From the human T2T-CHM13v2.0 reference genome, Homo sapiens: 64,000 nt of DNA. The notes beneath the pieces are model-generated. The model was not told the origin of the DNA, made no database searches, and saw only the letters and a list, made by a program, of their open reading frames with translations. The stretch lies in assembly GCF_009914755.1 (NCBI RefSeq), contig NC_060927.1. One strand, 5' to 3'. Every line of letters starts with the position of its first letter. Position 1 is the first letter of the stretch. Made by a program: the position numbers and the translations under genes. Of this stretch, positions 1 to 21,537 are shown piece after piece.

Positions 1-110
1 GAGGCTCCTGCCTGTTAGAAGGAAAACTAACAAACAGAAAGGACATCCACACCAAAAATCCATCTGTACATTGCCATCATCAAAGACCAAAGGTAGATAA
101 AACCACAAAC

Positions 111-1134
111 ATGGGGAGAAACCAGAGCAGAAAGCTGAAAATTCTAAAAAGCAGAGTGCCTCTTCTCCTCCAAAGGAACATAGCTCCTCGCCAGCAATGG
201 AACAAAGCTGGATGGGGAATGACTTTGATGAGTTGAGAGAAGTAGGCTTCAGATGATCGGTAATAACAAACTTCTCCAAGTTAAAGGAGGATGTTTGAAC
301 CCACCGCAAAGAAGCTAAAAACCTTGAAAAAAGATTAGACGAATGGCTAACTAGAATAAACAGTGTAGAGAAGTCTTTAAATGACCTGATGGAGCTGAAA
401 ACTATGGCATGAGAACCACGTGATGCATGCATAAGCTTCCGTAGCTGATTTGATCAAGTGGAAGAAAGGGTATCAGTGATTGAAGATCAAATGAATGAAA
501 TGAAGCAAGAAGAGAAGTTTACAGAAAAAAGAGTAAAAAGAAAGGAACAAATCCTCCAAGAAATATGGGGCTATGTGAAAAGACCAAATCTACGTGTGAC
601 TGGTGTACCTGAAAGTGACTGGGAGAATGGAACCAAGTTGGAAAACACTCCTCAGGATATTATCCAGGAGAACTTCCCCAACTTAGGGAGGCAGGCCAAC
701 ATTCAAATTCAGGAAATACAGAGAACGTCACAAAGATAATCCTCGAGAAGAGCAACTGCAAGACACATAACTGTCAGATTCACCAAAGTTGAAATGAAGG
801 AAAAAATGTTAAGGGCAGCCAGAGAGAAATGTCAAGTTACCCAAAAAGGGAAGCCCATCAGACTAACAGCGGATCTCCTGGCAGAAACTCTACAAGCCAG
901 AAGAGAGTGGGGGCCAATATTCAACATTCTTAAGAAAAGAATTTTCAACCCAGAATTTCATATCCAGCCAAACTAAGCTTCATAAATGAAGGAGAAATAA
1001 AATCCTTTGCAGACAAACAAATGCTGAGATATTTTGTCACCACCAGGCCTGTCTTACAAGAGCTCCTGAAGGAAGCACTAAACATGGAAAGGAACAACTG
1101 GTACCAGCCACTGCAAAAACATGCCAAATTGTAA
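111..1134 (+). pseudogene. L1 ORF1p (RNA-binding/chaperone) remnant with stops and frameshifts
   Basis: Runs from ATGGGGAGAAACCAG to GCCAAATTGTAA. Fragments 458-739 (YVKRPNLR, IIQENFPNL) and 794-976 (KGKPIRLTADL) are ORF1p motifs. Confidence 0.95.
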
Positions 1135-1197
1135 AGACCATTGATGCTACAAAGAAACTACATCAACTAATGAGCAAAATAACCAGCTAACATCATA

Positions 1198-4993
<3,796 letters not shown>

Positions 4994-5204
4994 ACAATGA
5001 GAACACTTGGACACAGGTTGGGGAACATCACACACTGGGGCCTGTAGTGGGGTAGGGTGGGGAGGGATAGCATTAGGAGATATACTTAATGTAAATGACG
5101 AGTTAACGAGCATAGCACACCAACATGGCACATGTATACATATATAACAAACCTGTGCGTTGTGCACATGTACCATAGAACTTAAAGTATAATAATAATA
5201 AAAA

Positions 5205-5288
5205 CATGCATGGGAACATTTTGATTAGCATTTGATTGGATAACTGAGGACTGCAGCCCAGTCAAGTTAAACATAAACTGATCATCAC
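5205..5288 (-). mobile_element. MLT2-type (ERV-L) LTR, 5' part of the 3' LTR, interrupted by the L1PA
   Basis: Reverse complement gtgatgatcagtttatgtttaacttgactgggctgcagt...ttatccaatcaaat resembles the MLT2 start TGTGATGGTTAATTTTATGTGTCAACTTGGCT. It abuts ERV-L internal sequence. Confidence 0.75.
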
Positions 5289-8935
<3,647 letters not shown>

Positions 8936-9231
8936 GGAAGTAATTAAATTACTAACTTAAATTAGTAATTTAAATTAAAATACTGCTTTGCCTTTTCTGT
9001 TCATATCTCTTCACACTCAGAGCAAAATCACAATGAAAACAACATACATCAAATATGCAAGCATAAAACATATTCCATAAAATGCTTTATGGAAATCTAT
9101 ATTGCTAAATATATATACTGGAGGAAAACTGAAGATAATAATTTGATGAGCTAAATCACTAATCAAGAAGTTTGAAAGTGAACAACAGAATAAAGGCAAA
9201 CGATGCAGATGAAAGGATAATAAAGATAAAA

Positions 9232-9373
9232 GAACTAGCTATTGGGGTTCAGTGTACACTATTCTGGTGATGGGTACACTAAAATCCCAGACTTCACAAT
9301 TATAGAATTAATTTGTATCGCCAAAAACCGCTTGTACCACTAAAACTATTGACATTTTAAAAAACATTAAAAA
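9232..9373 (+). mobile_element. L1PB-like 3' end fragment (within older L1M-like sequence)
   Basis: ctattgggg..gtacact..ggtgatgggtacactaaaatcccagacttcac..aaaactattga, followed by an A-rich tail. Confidence 0.7.
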
Positions 9374-11002
9374 AATTGAGAATATTAAGAAAATCAAAAG
9401 TTGTCTTTTTTTTCTTAAAAACATAAGAATAAAAAATAGTAAAATATTGGCATATGTTTAATATGTATGTTTGGTACATGAATGTCAGTTCATTTTTTTT
9501 CATATTTTTACATTTGATATGTTTTATAACTGTAATTTTTAAGTGAGAAAAGGGAGACAGCGTAAATATTTTTCCTGTTCTTCTTTCTTTATTTTTAACA
9601 AATTAAAGAATTAAGAAAATAATGGAAACCTCAGGTATGCTATCCTCAATGAAAGGAGTGTTTCTGTATGAGGTTAGACAGAAACATGAGAAAGAGTATC
9701 TGACAGAATAATATAATTTAAATTAGTTTTCTTTATGTAATGAAAAATAATAACTTTGTCACTCTATTCCTTTTTGTCTTTGTTGAGGAAAAATACATAT
9801 ATTTTTTTAATTTGGAAGATTGCATTGTTTACCACAAACTGCTTTTCTGACTGGTTTGATGACTAATTATCCATTCTGTTCTAATATACTATACTGTACA
9901 GTCAGTTTATCTCCATTCTCCTGACCCCAGTTGAAGCAGCTCAAATAAGGGAGACTCAATTCTAGTCCCAGGTCACTTTTCTTGATTTCAATTATAAATT
10001 TTCTTTCTTATATTACTGTGAAAAATTAGGGTTAATTCATGCCATGTGGGGGTGTCATTGTTAATTAAATTATTATCATCTGATGTTGTTTACATCTATT
10101 CATTGAAAAAAAAGTACAGAATGGTTATTACATGTCTGACACTGCTAAACCGTTTGTCAGTGTTTCCTGTATGATATTTGACACAAGGAGACTAATCTAA
10201 TTTTTCTTTGGCCAGAACAAAGTTTATTATTATTTTTTTTAAAACTTCAGTGTCCTTCCTTTCTTCCTTCCTTCTTTCCTTATTTATTTCTTCTTTGCAG
10301 GTTTTTCAAAGCATAGATAACCTAACACTGTCATTTATTACAGAGGAAAACTGAATATAAAGAAGTTTCATATCAAATACTGCCAGGAAGATACATTTAA
10401 TTACTAAAGTTTATAAGGCCCTGTTTTAATGTAATTTCACTCATTTAAAGTGATATTATGTATTGTTTTATAATTTAAAAAATGTTTTTTCATGTACTTT
10501 ATCATTTCAATTCAGTGTTGTGAGGCAGATACATATCTCTATCACAAATGAGAACATTAATTTTCCATGCTTTAAAATGTACACATTTATATTGTTTTCA
10601 GTAGTAGAAGTAGGACTCAAGCCCCAGGGTTGCAATCTAGGTCCTGCGTTTTACCCATAATACATTATTTTTCATGTAAGGGACCTTGGGCCCAGGGTGG
10701 AAGCAATGTTTATTGGAGGCTTCTGTCATGCCCTCAGTGATGTTTCCAGATGAACCTTTATGTTACATAATGTATTTTAGGGCTTTAAAGTTCTTTCTTG
10801 GTTTAGAGAAACCAAGAGACTTAAACTGTTAAAACAATTTTAAGAAATATATGTACATTCTAAGACCATTTAAACAGAACGTGAATGCCTGGAAAATAAA
10901 GATCTTGGTCTTCACACCAATCATTCTTTCCTCTCTAATTTAATCATGGGTAGAAACTTCTGGTGTATCTTTCTAGAAATTTAATTTATCAATCAATCGT
11001 TC

Positions 11003-11317
<315 letters not shown>

Positions 11318-11338
11318 TATCAATCTATTTTTTAAATG

Positions 11339-12527
11339 CAGTAATTACTTAATGAGGACATGTTCTTAGAAATGCATCATTAGGCAATCTTGTTGTTGTG
11401 TGAACATCATAGAGTGTATTTACACAATTTGTATGGTAAAACCTACTACACCCTTGGCTCTATGGTATAGCCTATTGCTTCTAGACTACAAACCTCTACA
11501 GAACACTGTGTACTGAATATTATATACTGAATACTGTAGACCATCATAAAACAATTGCATTTGTGCATTCAAGCATATCTAAACATAGAAAAGTACAGTA
11601 AATATATAGTATGAAAGAAAAAAAATGGTATGCCTGTTAGGTACGTACTATGAATGGAGCTTGGAGGACTCAAGGTGAGTCAGAGTGACTGGTTAGTGAA
11701 TGTGAAATCCTCAGACATTACTCTATACAACTGTGGACTTTATAAATTAGTGTTTATAAAGTTTTATAAATGTAGGCTATACTAAATTTATAAAAATTTT
11801 TATTTTTTCAATAATAAATTCACTTTTGCTTACTATAACTATTTTGCTTTATAAGCTTTTAACATTTTTGAAATTTTTGATTCTTTTAAAATAATATTTA
11901 GCTTAAAACAGACATTACAATGCTGTACAAAAATATTTTCTTTCTTTATATCCTTATTCTATAAGCCGTCTTCTATTTTATCTTTTTTTACTGCATTAAA
12001 AATTAAGACAGAAACACGCAGATTAGCCTATGCATATACTGGGTCACTATCATCAATATCACTGTCTTCCACCTCCACATGTTTTCCCACTGAGTGGTCT
12101 TCAGGATCAGTAACACACATGGAGCTGTCATCTCCTATGATAACAATGACTTCTTCTGGAATACTTTCTTTAGGATCTGCCTGAGACTGTTTTACATTTA
12201 ACTTGTATTTTATAAGTAAAAGAAATATATTCCAACGTAACAATAAAGGCGTAGTGTACTAAATACCTAAATCAGTAGCACAGTCATTTATTATCATTAT
12301 CAAATATTATGTACTGGACATAATTGTATGTGTTACCCTTTTATATGACTGGCAGGACAGTAGGTTTGTTACACCAGCATCACCAAAAACATGTGAGTAA
12401 TGCCTTGTGCTACAACATTATGAAAGCTACAACTGTCACTAGGAAATAGAATTTTTTCAATTCTATCATAATCTTATGGGACTACCACTGTATATGCAAC
12501 CTGTCTTTGTTAGTCAGAGCCTGACTG
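11339..12527 (+). mobile_element. Tigger3-family (Tigger3b-like) TcMar DNA transposon, non-autonomous
   Basis: gtgaacatcatagagtgt..cctactacac..tatggtatagcctattgct..ctacaaacct matches Tigger3. About 1.2 kb long, with cagt...actg termini. Confidence 0.85.
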
Positions 12528-13007
12528 CATTTTTATCACGTGTGTGAATGTGTATGTGTCTGTGTGTGCTTAGCATGAATGTACTTATTACATGTTATTT
12601 TTATAAAAGAGGCCATATATTGCATGCTGTTTTTTACCTTATTTCTTTCAATTAATATATTTTGAAGACAGTTTCATACTGGGCCGTGGTTTGTGAGGTC
12701 AGTATCAAATCACCATTATGGCTTGACTTGCTCTGGCCTTGGTCCTCCTTATTGTTTTCTGCAGAATCATCTAATGTTGTTATTTGTAGGTTATTTCTAA
12801 GACTTTTCACTCTGGGGATCAAGGATGAGTTCGCCCTAATATGGCCCCTACTGCATCCGTGGTACCATGTGTTTGTAGAGTCATCTGTGTGTACTTTATA
12901 TCCCAGGGGAGGGTTTTTTCCTTAGTCCTTCAGTGGTAAATTTCATATTTCTTGTCCCAATTGTTTAATATGTCTAAGGGTCCTTGGGCAAAGAAGCCAT
13001 TACTAGA

Positions 13008-14835
13008 TGCTATGGACTGATTTGTGTTCCTCCAAAAACCATGTGTTGAAGCCTTAATCTCCAATATGACTCTATCTAAAGATAGGGTCTTTAGGAAGCA
13101 ATTACATTTCAATGAGCTAATAAAAGTGGGGTCTTCAGTCAATAGGACTGTGGCCTCATAAGAACACCTCTCTCTTTCTCTGAAAATACAGCAAGAAGGT
13201 AGCCAACTACATGCCAGAACAGATCCCACAATAGGAAATTGATTGAATGTCACTTTGATCTTCAACTTCTATCTTGTAGAACTGTGAAAAAATAAATATT
13301 TGTTGTTTCACTCACTTAGTCTATGATATTTTCTTATGGCAGCCTAAGCTGACTGGGGACTGGGTTGCTGCTGTAACAAATACTTAGAAATGTGGAAATG
13401 GTTTTAGAACTGGGTAATAGGTAGAAGCTAGAAGACTTTTGAGGCATATACAGGAAATTCGAATGTTAAGAGTAATTCTGGTGAGGTCCCAGATGAAAAT
13501 GAAAAACATGTTATTGGAAACTGAAGTAAAGGTGATCCTAGTTATAAAGCAGTAAAGAACTTGGCTTAACTGTGTTCTAATATTTCGTGGAAAGTACAAC
13601 TTGTGAGCAACGAAATTAGAAATTCTAAATAAAGTGTTGATGAGTGCCTTTATTTTTCCTGACTACTTAGAGTAAAATGTGAAAGGAGAGTGATGAGTTG
13701 AAAAAAATATATATTATTCAAAAAGGAGCCCAAAGTTGGAAATTTGGAAAATTACCAGCCTATCCATATTCCAAAGAGTGAGAAAGTTTATTCAGAAGAA
13801 AAAACAAGGGTGTGGCTGGAAAAATCATTTGACAGAGATGATGGATATGATTAATGAATTAATCAGCCATCTCAGCTGAAGCCAGGAATATAGATGGGAT
13901 TATACCAGCAAATATGTTACCACTCTAAAATAAAGAGAACAGAGAAAATAGATCGGAATGAAGGAAGGCTGCCATACTTTTTGGATTCTACAAAACTGGG
14001 ACATAGAACTATTTGGCTTTAAGCCTGAACTATTCTTCAAGGAGAGGGAAGAATGACCCAGAAAGCAATTTGGAGATCATCATCATTCTCACCCCAGGAG
14101 GCAAGGCTGTTTCTTCCTCAGTTTCAAAGGGTAAGGCTGCCTCTCTGAATTCAGCAAGCTAGAATTACTATACTTAGTGCCTCAGGGGCAGAGTATCTTT
14201 GCAAAGAGCCATGTGGCTAGGGCCCTTTCAGAGAGCTGAATGGGTAAGCTTGTCCCCAAAAAGCTCTGTGGTTGGTGTTGCCACCCATGGTCCTGGAGAG
14301 CAGAATATCAAACCAGAGGGGATTATTCTTGAGTCTAAGATCTAAAATTTGCCTTTATTGGTTTTAGACTTGCTTGTGACCCACCAGTCCTTTTTTTATT
14401 TTAATTTCTCCCTTTTGGAATAGGAATGTCTTTCCTATACCTGTCCTACCACTGTATTTTGGAAGCATATAACTTGTCTGGTTTCACAGTTTTGTAGCTG
14501 GAGAGGAATTCTGCCTCAAGAATAATTATACCTGCGGCTCACCTTTATCTAATTCAATGATAGTTGGATTAAACCTTTTGAACTTAGAGTTGATGTTGAA
14601 ATCAGTTAAGATTTTGCAAGCAGTTGGGGTAGAATTAATGCATTTTGCATCCAAGAAGGACATGAATTTGGACTGGAATGCAGAAGCAGAAAGCTACGAG
14701 TTGAATTGTGTCTCCTGCCTCAAGTTTATATGTTGAAGGCCTAAATGTAACTGTGTCTGTAGATAAAGTATTCAGGAAGCAAATAAAGTAAGAGGAGATT
14801 ATAACAGTGGGGCCCTAAGGCTATGGCCTTATGAA
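13008..14835 (+). mobile_element. MaLR MLT1A-type provirus: 5' LTR 13008-13353, internal ~13354-14690, truncated 3' LTR ~14691-14835
   Basis: LTR start tgctatggactga..tgttgaagccttaat, LTR end ttatggcagcctaagctgact, and MLT-int start gctgctgtaacaaatac..aaatgtggaa..gaactgggtaat. A second LTR start follows aaggacatgaattt. Confidence 0.82.
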
Positions 14836-14900
14836 AATTATTGGTGGTATGTACAATGAAGTTGCAATAATGAGGCAAGAAGTTAAAAAAGTGCTTTGCT

Positions 14901-15197
<297 letters not shown>

Positions 15198-16915
15198 GGA
15201 CTATGCTAAAAATAAAGTTTATTCGGGAACTAAAATTTACAAATCCTTGTTTGTAAGGAGATAGTTCCCTTTATCTTAATCATGTTCATCTTAGTAGCAC
15301 TGAAGTGGCCCTTTGTATACCAGGAATACTCAGATATTTTCAATACATACTCCTACTAGTAGTGGAAAATGAAGCCACATCCCAATAGTTCTAGGCAAAA
15401 AGCTAGATGTGTAAGTAGCTTATGTGAGGTGGAAGCTAAAATCCTAGCTTGTTTATTTTAATGCATATGCCATTCTCATTCTCCTTCTTAATATGTCTGC
15501 ATCTTGTTTTTACATGAAATAACATTTTAATTTACTTATAATGGGATAAAATTGGTGCTTCTAACAGATAGAAAAATATGCTGTGTTTATCCTGTACTTT
15601 ATATGTGGCCTTCCCTTGCTACTATCCATCTGCAGCATAATGTTGTGTATCTCCTGGAGGCATGCATTCTGGCTCAAGAAGTCTTGTAAAGGAATTCCAA
15701 CAGGCTTAGAGGAAAAGAAAACCTTTTCTTTGCAGAGAAGGACATTTTACTGGCATCTTACAAAACTAAAATACAAAATAGATTACATTACCTTTCTAGA
15801 TTCTTGCCAGAGATACTTCTTCAAAATTTTCCACTCTTCTGACTTTTCTCCTAGTACAGCAGTCACAATGATGGAGCTTGAATTTAAACAACAACCCCTG
15901 AGACAAAGCACTACTTGAGAGGGATGGAATGAAAAGAACTGAAACACAGAAATTATCTGAAGCCCTGGAGCTGCTGCTACTTGTCTGAATCAGTTTCCAA
16001 GCACAGACATGGGCAGAAAGCTCTTTTGTCATTTGAACAAGAGCCAGAAAGTAAGTTGGCTTCAATTGTACTAATGCCATTCATCTGTTTTAAAAGTTCC
16101 ACTTTTCAGTGGCTTTTCAGTATTGGTGTGCTGATGTGTATGCACAGGATTTAATGTGATCAGAAGGACTGGAATGATTTGCTCAAGCAATGCAATGCTT
16201 ATTCTTTGTCATTGTATAACCTTCGCTCAGTGTCTATATCCTGGAAATGCAATACTGCAAATATTCCTCACAGAAAATTATTCACAGTACTATAGTGCAT
16301 ACTCATCTATTTCAGTTACATCTAGCTTATAAAAACTGCCTGACATTTTTCAAAACTAAAAATGATGATAATTTAACACAGTTAATTTTTTATTAGTTAT
16401 GGCAGAAAATAGGTAATGTCTCAGTGTGCTGAGGGAAATGTGTATTGTCGTGTTGTGATGATTATAAGTTGTGAAGTCCTCGTAATTCTCTTTCTAACCT
16501 TGAGCGTGATAAGCATTTGGTATCAAAACTAGATAGGCTACAGAGAATTCTCGGTCATGCTAGGAAAATTTTCTCTCTTTGTTCCTGGTTCTCAAATTTA
16601 AAGGTTGCATCAGGTTGAGGAATGAGGAGCAACTTATTTTGCAGAGAAGTTGGAACATCTAGATACAACATGTACGCAACTATCCATTCAACCATACATT
16701 CTTCCATCCATCCATGATTCCATTAATTTATTTTTTCATATTAAACAGTTTATTGAGGCCAGAAAAAATTACTCCTTCTCTCTCACATAATATAAACAAC
16801 TTTCCAGGCTAATTCCTGACTTTAAGAACCACAGACATGAAGACCTTTTAGGTGTCTAAACTTTTTTTTAAGCAAAAGTAAAATCTGTAAAATCACTAAA
16901 AATTGATAGAACTGA

Positions 16916-17220
<305 letters not shown>

Positions 17221-18918
17221 GACAGAACTGAATTTTAAAAATAAAACAAAAATGGTATCTTAAAATATATTTGCAATGAAATGCAAAAACCAAACTAAAC
17301 CAAAACCAACCATTACAAAACTAAGTACATTTTAAAGAGTATTGTTTTGGGAATTGTGTATGTATGCGTCATGTATTCAATACTTAACAGTGGTTGTCGA
17401 ACTGTTCCCTTGAAACAGTGATGTTAGGCCAGCTGGAATAAAGTTACCTATTCTTAAAATCATAATTTTCATACTTTTTCAATGATGTGAATTATTTATT
17501 ACCAGTACACAAGGAGATAAATGCAGAAATTAAGAATAACAGTTGGAAATTTTGGTGGCAAAGTAATTTAATGTTCATTTAACCTAGTAATAAAACTGAC
17601 TGGGGTTTGCATTTAATTTATCTTTATTTTTATTTAATTTTTCTAATTATTAATTTATATTTTATTTTACTAAAATATCAGTCCATGGTGGACTGGGGAT
17701 AAAACAAAACAAAGCAATGATAATATGAACAAAAACTACCTTCATCACATTAGTCTGAAAAGCATTGTTCTAAAATTGTCTTGATTAATTTGAAGTTTAG
17801 GAAACAAAAGTATATTTTCCAGAACTTCACATTTTCATGGCACAAGCTCATACTCATTCAGAATAATGATTTATTTCCATGCAAGGCCAAAGGTAAAAGT
17901 GCGTCCTCTAATATGATCTTAGCTTTAATCACATTTCATATATTCACTTAACAAAGACTACTTAATTTTCTTGTTTTAAATAATTTTACATAAAGAGAAT
18001 AGTTATTTAAAAGCCATTTTCTTCTCACAAAGTATACCTGACCTTGAAGTGACATTACACCACAGCCTATAAGCCATAATGATGCTACATTTTAATAAAA
18101 AATATCTTCCACACTTCCTGACAAAGTAACAAAATCCTTGCTGATACCCATGACACATTGTCTCTGTGATGATGCCAATGAGGGGAGTTGCCTGGTTAAA
18201 ACTGCAGAAAAATCTGCCATTAGCAGCTCGCTTCTTTGGGTGATAGTGTCCCCAGAGGCTGCTCCACTCATCTGCCATCAAAGGTGTCTGAGGGCCTGCC
18301 AAAGCTTTGTCATATAGGGGGTGCAGAGAGCCTGAGACCCCTAGGAACCTCTGGGATTTCAAACCAACACTCCCTGCTGATCTATTAGGAGTGGAACCTC
18401 ACAGTCCTCATTGAATTCACACAAGGGTGCCTCACAAATAAGTCTGTTGCACAAGACCATGTAGGATGACCATTTTTCAGCCTGAATGTGGAGTGTTTCA
18501 CCCAGAGAAGTCAGCACTTTTCTAACAAGACTTAACGAGAGTGTCAGTTGAAGGAAGGTGGTTGAAGATTGTACTTCAGCCATGATTGTGCTGGAGTGGC
18601 TGTTTGAAGTTCAAGGTACAACCATCCCATTCCTATCTTCTCCCCATCCTGTAGAGATCTTCAAAGGGGAAGACCCCTTTGAAATTTGTGAAAGTTCTCC
18701 TATACGATCAGCTGAATGGGGTGTAGGACAATATAAAAGATAGGATATCATCAGAAAATAGCAAGTAGGTAATAAAACCAACACAATACTGTTCTCCATG
18801 CTTTTCCCACTAATATGGACTGACTTGTGTCTGCCCAAAATTTATGTGTTGAAGCCCTAATCCTCAGTGCCTCATAATGTGATTCTATTTGGAGATGGGA
18901 ACTTTAAATAGGCAATTA

Positions 18919-19733
18919 TTATTTTTTATTATACTTTAAGTTCTGGGATAAATGTGCAGAATGTGCAGGTTTGTTACATAGGTATACATGTGCCATGGTG
19001 GTTTGTTGCACCCATCAACCCATTATCTACATTCGGTATTCCTCCTAATGCTATCCCTCCCCTAGCCCCCCAACCCCTGATATGCCCTGGTGTGTGATGT
19101 TCCCCTCCCTGTGTCCATTGGTTCTCATTTTTCCACTCCCACTTATGAGTGAGAACGTGCAGTGTTTGTTTTTCTGTTCCTGTGTTAATTTGCTGAGAAT
19201 GGTGGTTTCTGGCTTCATCCATGTCCCTGCAAAATATTCATCCTTTTTTATGGTTTCATAGTATTCCATGGTGTAAGAACTTAAACAAATTTACAAGAAA
19301 AAAAACCAAACAACCCCATCAAAAAGTTGGTGAAGGATATAAACAGACACTTCTCAAAAGAAGACATTTATGCGGCCAACAAACATATGAAAAAAAGCTC
19401 ATCATCACTGGTCATTAGAGAAATGCAAATCAAAACCACAATGAGATACCATCTCACACCAGTTAGAATGGCGATCATTAAAAAGTCAGGAAACAACAGA
19501 TGCTGGAGAGGATGTGGAGAAATAGGAACACTTTTGCACTGCTGGTAGTAGTGTAAATTAGTTCAACCATTGTGGAAGAAAGTGTGGCAATTCTTCAAGG
19601 ATCCAGAACCAGAAATACCATTTAACCCAGCAATTCCATTACTGGATATATACCCCACAAATTATAAAACATTCTACTATAAAGACACGTGCACACGTAA
19701 GTTTATTGCAGCACTGTTGACAATAGCAAAGAC
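18919..19733 (-). mobile_element. 5'-truncated, 5'-inverted L1PA (L1PA7/8-like)
   Basis: 18919-19274 is an antisense L1 3' end (atactttaagttctggga). 19275-19733 is a sense ORF2 C-terminal segment. The TSD ttaaatagg(c/t)aatta sits at 18904-18918 and 19734-19748. Confidence 0.93.
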
Positions 19734-19819
19734 TTAAATAGGTAATTAAAGTGAAGAACTTAGGATGTGCCCTCATCTGATGTAACTGGTGTCCTAGTAA
19801 AAGGATGTTATTATTGGAG

Positions 19820-19905
19820 TGGAGTAATCATTTCACTGTGCATATGTATATCAAAACATCATATTGTACACCTTAAATATGGACAGTAACTGTTAATTAA
19901 TTAAT
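19820..19905 (+). mobile_element. L1MA-type 3' end fragment inside the MLT1B LTR
   Basis: aatcatttcac..tatatcaaaacatcatattgtacaccttaaatat. Confidence 0.65.
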
Positions 19906-20659
19906 TTTTAGAAGAGGAGATTATGACACAAGGAGATACTCTGCTTGCAGAGAGGAAAGACCATGTGAGAACACAGTGAGAAGCAGCTATCTGCAAGCCC
20001 AGGACAGAGGCCTCAGAAGAAACCAAACCTAGCAACATCTTGATCTTGGCTCTTTAGCCTTCAGACATGTGAGAAATAAATTCCTGTTTTTTAAGCTGCC
20101 AATTCTGTAGTATGTCATTATAGCAGCATCAGCAAATTAATACATCTACGTATGCTAATTGCAAATGAAACCATGCTTTATTTTTGTGACTCATGTTGTT
20201 TGATCTGAAGGATGAACAAAATATAAACACAAGAATGAAGATGTAAATATACGGGTACATGTGCAATGTGAATCTTAGTTACCCTAAGGGGCTGCCTTTG
20301 GCCTTCACCCATGTCTTACCTTGTGAATGACCACATACTAAGAAATGGTTTATAGTAAGAGAAATGGTTTATGAGGATTTTTCTTTGTGAGTGGCAGTGA
20401 ATAGAGAGGGGTTTAAAACTCCTGCAGTTTATGTCAGCAGCTGCAATCTGAACAGAGCATAAAAGATAGCTCAATGTGTCATCAATGTAAAGGGCCACGC
20501 TTCTTGTTTAAATGGTCTTTCCATTTCCATATTTAGGTTGCTAGTATTTTTTTCCTCATTTTCACTTTTGAACAACCAAAAAATGCATCATAGTTATTAT
20601 GACAAAAGAAGAAAATCAATTTATTTAGGCTTCAGAGGCCATTTATATATTCATCTACT

Positions 20660-21140
20660 TATTCATTCAAACAATATTTGTTTAGTACCTACTATGCGCT
20701 GAGCATTATGGTGATTCCTGGAAACATGGTTCATGTCATTATGAAGATAACTTTCTGAAGTGTCTCAGAGGGATATGGGAGTTGAGGAGTGAAGAATTGG
20801 CAAGTAATCCATTGAGTAAACACAATTATAATAGATTCTCTAGGAAGAGAATACTGGATGAGAGCCTTTTTATAGAAGATCTAAATAATGAGAATAAAAA
20901 GCCATGTGAAGAGCTGAGGGAAGACAGCTCCAGTGAGGGCAGACATAAAAGAAACATGATTCAGCTGGATATGCTCAAGGAATAGAAGTGAGAATAATGT
21001 ATCTGAAATGGAGAAGATGGAGAATGATGAAAGATAGGGTCAGCCATGTCAGACATAGCCATATTGTTTGTAGTTGTTCTAAAAGCATTTTGCAAGCCAT
21101 TGAAGAGTTTTATGGAAGCAGGTTAATAGGTTAATTTAAT
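20660..21140 (-). mobile_element. L2 fragment(s)
   Basis: attcattcaaacaatattt..tacctactatg is an antisense L2 3' end. Purine-rich L2-like body with agccattgaagagtttta. Confidence 0.55.
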
Positions 21141-21537
21141 TTTTAAATAACTTTTTAATTTCGCACATATTCATGACATACTTACTGTCTTGTGGTGATG
21201 TTTGTGAGGGGGCTGCCCAGTTAAAACTGTAGAAAAATCTTCCATGAGAAGCCTAGTCACATAGAAGGGCCAAGAGCAAACGATGAGCTGTTTAAATATG
21301 TACACTTCACCATTCCTTGAACATCTGCTTTGTATGAAGCCTGTAGTAGGTTATCTGCAGAATTCATTTGAGAAAAATACAACTTCCTGTCCTCAAGGAA
21401 ATTCCAGCCTCTCTAGGGAAGATGGAAATATGCAAATCACTATTGTTTTGATTTGAGAAATAAAGTTGTAAATAGTTTGGGTAATATTTTTTTTTTCAAC
21501 TGAGACAAGGTATCTGTCTAACTCAGATGGGTAATTT

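Larger units (their letters stand above)
18811..20144 (+). mobile_element. MLT1B-like solo LTR, split by two L1 insertions
   Basis: Pieces at 18811-18918, 19734-~19806 and ~19910-20144, ending cagcaaattaataca. Typical MLT1B motifs: gaagccctaat..tttggagat, gaggcctcagaagaaaccaa. Confidence 0.8.

Noticed and set aside
12028-12243. Acidic 71-aa ORF (..VEVEDSDIDDSDPV)
   Set aside because: It is a transposase C-terminal remnant inside Tigger3.
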